From assembly GCA_024679065.1 (NCBI GenBank), contig JAGIQG010000012.1:9796001-9860000 (forward strand): DNA of 64,000 nt, written 5' to 3'. Shown here piece by piece: positions 61,322 through 64,000 of the stretch (its first letter is position 1; each line of letters begins with the position of its first letter). The DNA comes from Sphyrna mokarran (Eukaryota). Under the pieces are notes generated by a model. It ran no database searches and was not told where the DNA came from. It saw nothing but the letters and a program-made list of their open reading frames with translations. A program made the position numbers and the translations under genes.

Positions 61322-63275
61322 TCCATCCTTCATTTTGATCCTTCCACAATTTTGTTTTTTTTGTCCCTCAATCCACTGTGGCATGAACAATAATTTAGTT
61401 TTCATATTTCTTATTTTTTTAAATCATTTTGGTTATTGTATATGCAGTTTCTTCTGCAGGGAGTGATAGCTTTTTTATTTTATAATATATTTGTGTGCCA
61501 TTTAAATTTTATTATAGTGGGGCATTTGCGTTATGCAATTATGTCAATGTTTACACTTTACATTTATTCTGTTACCTTCTTAGCTTCTGCATTGATCTCA
61601 GATTTGAGTGTATGCATTGCAATTTTCCTTTCTACTTTTGGGGAGAAAACCTTAATTCTTTTCATGGAAGCTAACGAATAGAAAAGGAAAGTGATGGCTT
61701 TATTACAATCATCAGCTATGGTAATATAAGGTCTGTTTCATGGGCGTGATAAACATTACTTTCTTTGCCATTAAGTGTGCATTTTATGAAACAAATTATG
61801 ATTATTTTTATGATAATCAGAAATGGAGGCCAAATGTTAGTTCGCATTGGCTGAATTATTTTTTTACATTAGATGTTGTAAAAGCATGTGTGTGGTTGTT
61901 CCAGGTCTCCACTGTCCATGCCACAAAACCTTTAATATATGAAAGGTTATTCATTTGAGTGACAATTTTTCATTTTATATGTAGTTGGCTTTTGGCTTCA
62001 CCATTTTACCTTGCGGAACACCGCTGCTGTATAAATGAGATAAATAATGTTACAAGGAACAAAACTATTTAATAGAATATTGTGAATTCTTTTCAGTATG
62101 AAAAGGGTAATCTTGCAATTCACCTTTAGTATGTAAAAATGTCAATTGTTGGTTTCTTAAGTCCATAAATCAAAATTTCTGCTATACAGGCTGATGAGTA
62201 CACCTCTTGCAATCATACCTTTCATAAATTTGACATTGTATAGATAGTAAATTCGCTATTAAAATACTGTGTTTTAAGAATAGTGAGAGAGTTGTAGTTT
62301 ATGAAATAAGATTGAAAAGAAATACGCTACACTTGCATGGAATTGGAACAATAATTCAGCATTAATTGTTCTAATTCAGCATAAATATTAATCTGTAAAA
62401 AATGAAAGTGAAATGCAACACCATACAACTGTACAGGCTAATGCTTGCAGTCGTGTAAGTGGTACTGTACTTTTCAACTAGGCAAAAAAAATTGCATGTA
62501 TCGCTGGAGTTTTGGAAATTTATTTCCATAGTATCCATATTTATCACACAAGATTATTTGATGATTCTGTAAGTTACACTGCAGTTTGGGTGAAGATTCT
62601 CATATGAGCTGTGATCAAAATTTGAGCAACTTGATAATCTCATTTGTTTCCAAGATTTGGCTTGAACTTTTAACTCCATGTAACCTTTAAACCACTAAAT
62701 AACCATTCTTTTCACTAAAATCTATTGTTATGTCCACGTTTGTATGAGGAAACCCATTGATGCATCCTTTATCATGAGACAGCAGGATCCGTTTGTGTAC
62801 CTTCAGCAGTGATGAGGATTTCAATGCACATTAAATTTCAACATTATTACAATTCATTTACAACAGTTTACTCTTGAATATTGCCAATTCAAGCACAATT
62901 CTTTGAATTGTTGATCTTTCACTAATAATTTAAGTACAAATTATAGTTGATTCTATTAATTCAATTTGCTATAAAATTGTTCAGTATATCATTTTTGCAT
63001 TTCTGCATAGGCTTTCAATTGCTCAAGATCTACAAATCTCTTTTACGTGCCTTGCTTTGGCAAGTGTCAGATTAATAGAAATTTTGCTTGAGTGTCAACT
63101 CTGCATTGAATTCTTCAATACCCATCTTTACTGCAGTCCAAGACAGCACAGCTGTAATCATTGCATGTTTGTGCCTATAATTATGGTGTGGAATTCCACA
63201 AATGCTGAAGAATTTAGAATTGCTGAAAGGAGAGAGACGCTTGAAAATTTTTACCTTGCGCTTACCAGGACTGGC

Positions 63276-63581
63276 GCAAGAATACCAGATCTCTGCGGAA
63301 ACAGTTGTACTGCATAATGAGAGGGTGCTGGTTGGTTGGCAAGTGGACTCTGGTCAAACGTGTTACGATAGAGAATACAACAAGGAACAGTTAACAGCCA
63401 GGCTGTTGCTTCAATTCAAAGCGGACAAGTCAACTGATTTGGGTTAAAGCAAAGGTTTAACAGTTATCTGTTCCCTGATGTGTTCTCCACGATAACATCT
63501 CAACCAGAGTCCACTTGCCAACCAATCAACACTAATTATGCAATATAAATTATTCCCTTTTTGAAATTTGGTATTTTTGCA
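63276..63581. repeat. Repeat-derived inverted repeat with arms of about 120 bp; related single-arm copies at 51205-51370 and 51995-52110
   Basis: ttggttggcaagtggactctggt on the left matches accagagtccacttgccaaccaa on the right. Confidence 0.8.
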
Positions 63582-63899
63582 TCTGTTCCCGTATGTACAG
63601 GACAACATTTCACAGCATGCAAGTTCTGTATACTACTAAGCAGAATTGAAAAGGATCTAAAGCTACCAATTATATTTTTTGTGTGCATGTGCAGCAGGTG
63701 AGCGAATCAGTATAATTAACCATAGGTTTTTGCATATTTTTTCATTTTAGTCTCCCAAATTCTATGCATGAAAAAGTAGTTTTGGAATCTTAAAGACTGA
63801 AACCGCTTCTGTGTACTCAGGAAATATGTAGTCAAGCATGGGTTGACTGTAACTTTGTTCTTGTCCTAACTGTTATACATAGTTGTATACTTAATATAG

Positions 63900-63905
63900 A
63901 ATAAA
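63900..63905 (+). terminator. Candidate polyadenylation signal AATAAA for GPCPD1 (an ATTAAA near 62258 is an alternative)
   Basis: Canonical hexamer at the end of an AU-rich stretch downstream of the stop, followed by T/GT-rich sequence. Confidence 0.4.
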
Positions 63906-64000
63906 ATCGTGGTTATTTATGCCATATCTTAAATGAAATAGAAATACGCAATTGTTTCTGGGTTTCTCCGGCACCTTGTGCATGCCCCTCTCACAACCAT

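Overview
AT-rich vertebrate genomic DNA, most likely a shark or other elasmobranch (inferred from its repeats: HE1/V-SINE-like and Deu-domain SINEs, CR1, L2, Rex1/Babar and Penelope relics). The main feature is a complete GPCPD1 (GDE5, glycerophosphocholine phosphodiesterase) gene on the + strand. I read 19 coding exons by hand (ATG 21998 to TGA 61321); all introns are GT-AG with matching phases, giving a 2067-nt CDS and 688 aa with an N-terminal CBM20 and a GDPD domain. A probable non-coding exon 1 lies in a CpG-rich NRF1/CCAAT/ETS promoter at about 13.4-13.75 kb. On the - strand, 623-804 is the first coding exon of a probable SHLD1 (shieldin subunit 1), head-to-head with GPCPD1. The best leads are: several candidate poison (premature-stop) cassette exons in TE-poor GPCPD1 introns 4-6; hammerhead-ribozyme cores in fold-back Penelope-like elements; a G-rich minisatellite just after the promoter; a three-level nested retroelement; and an inverted repeat in the probable 3' UTR. 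All gene identities rest on remembered protein similarity; no search was run.
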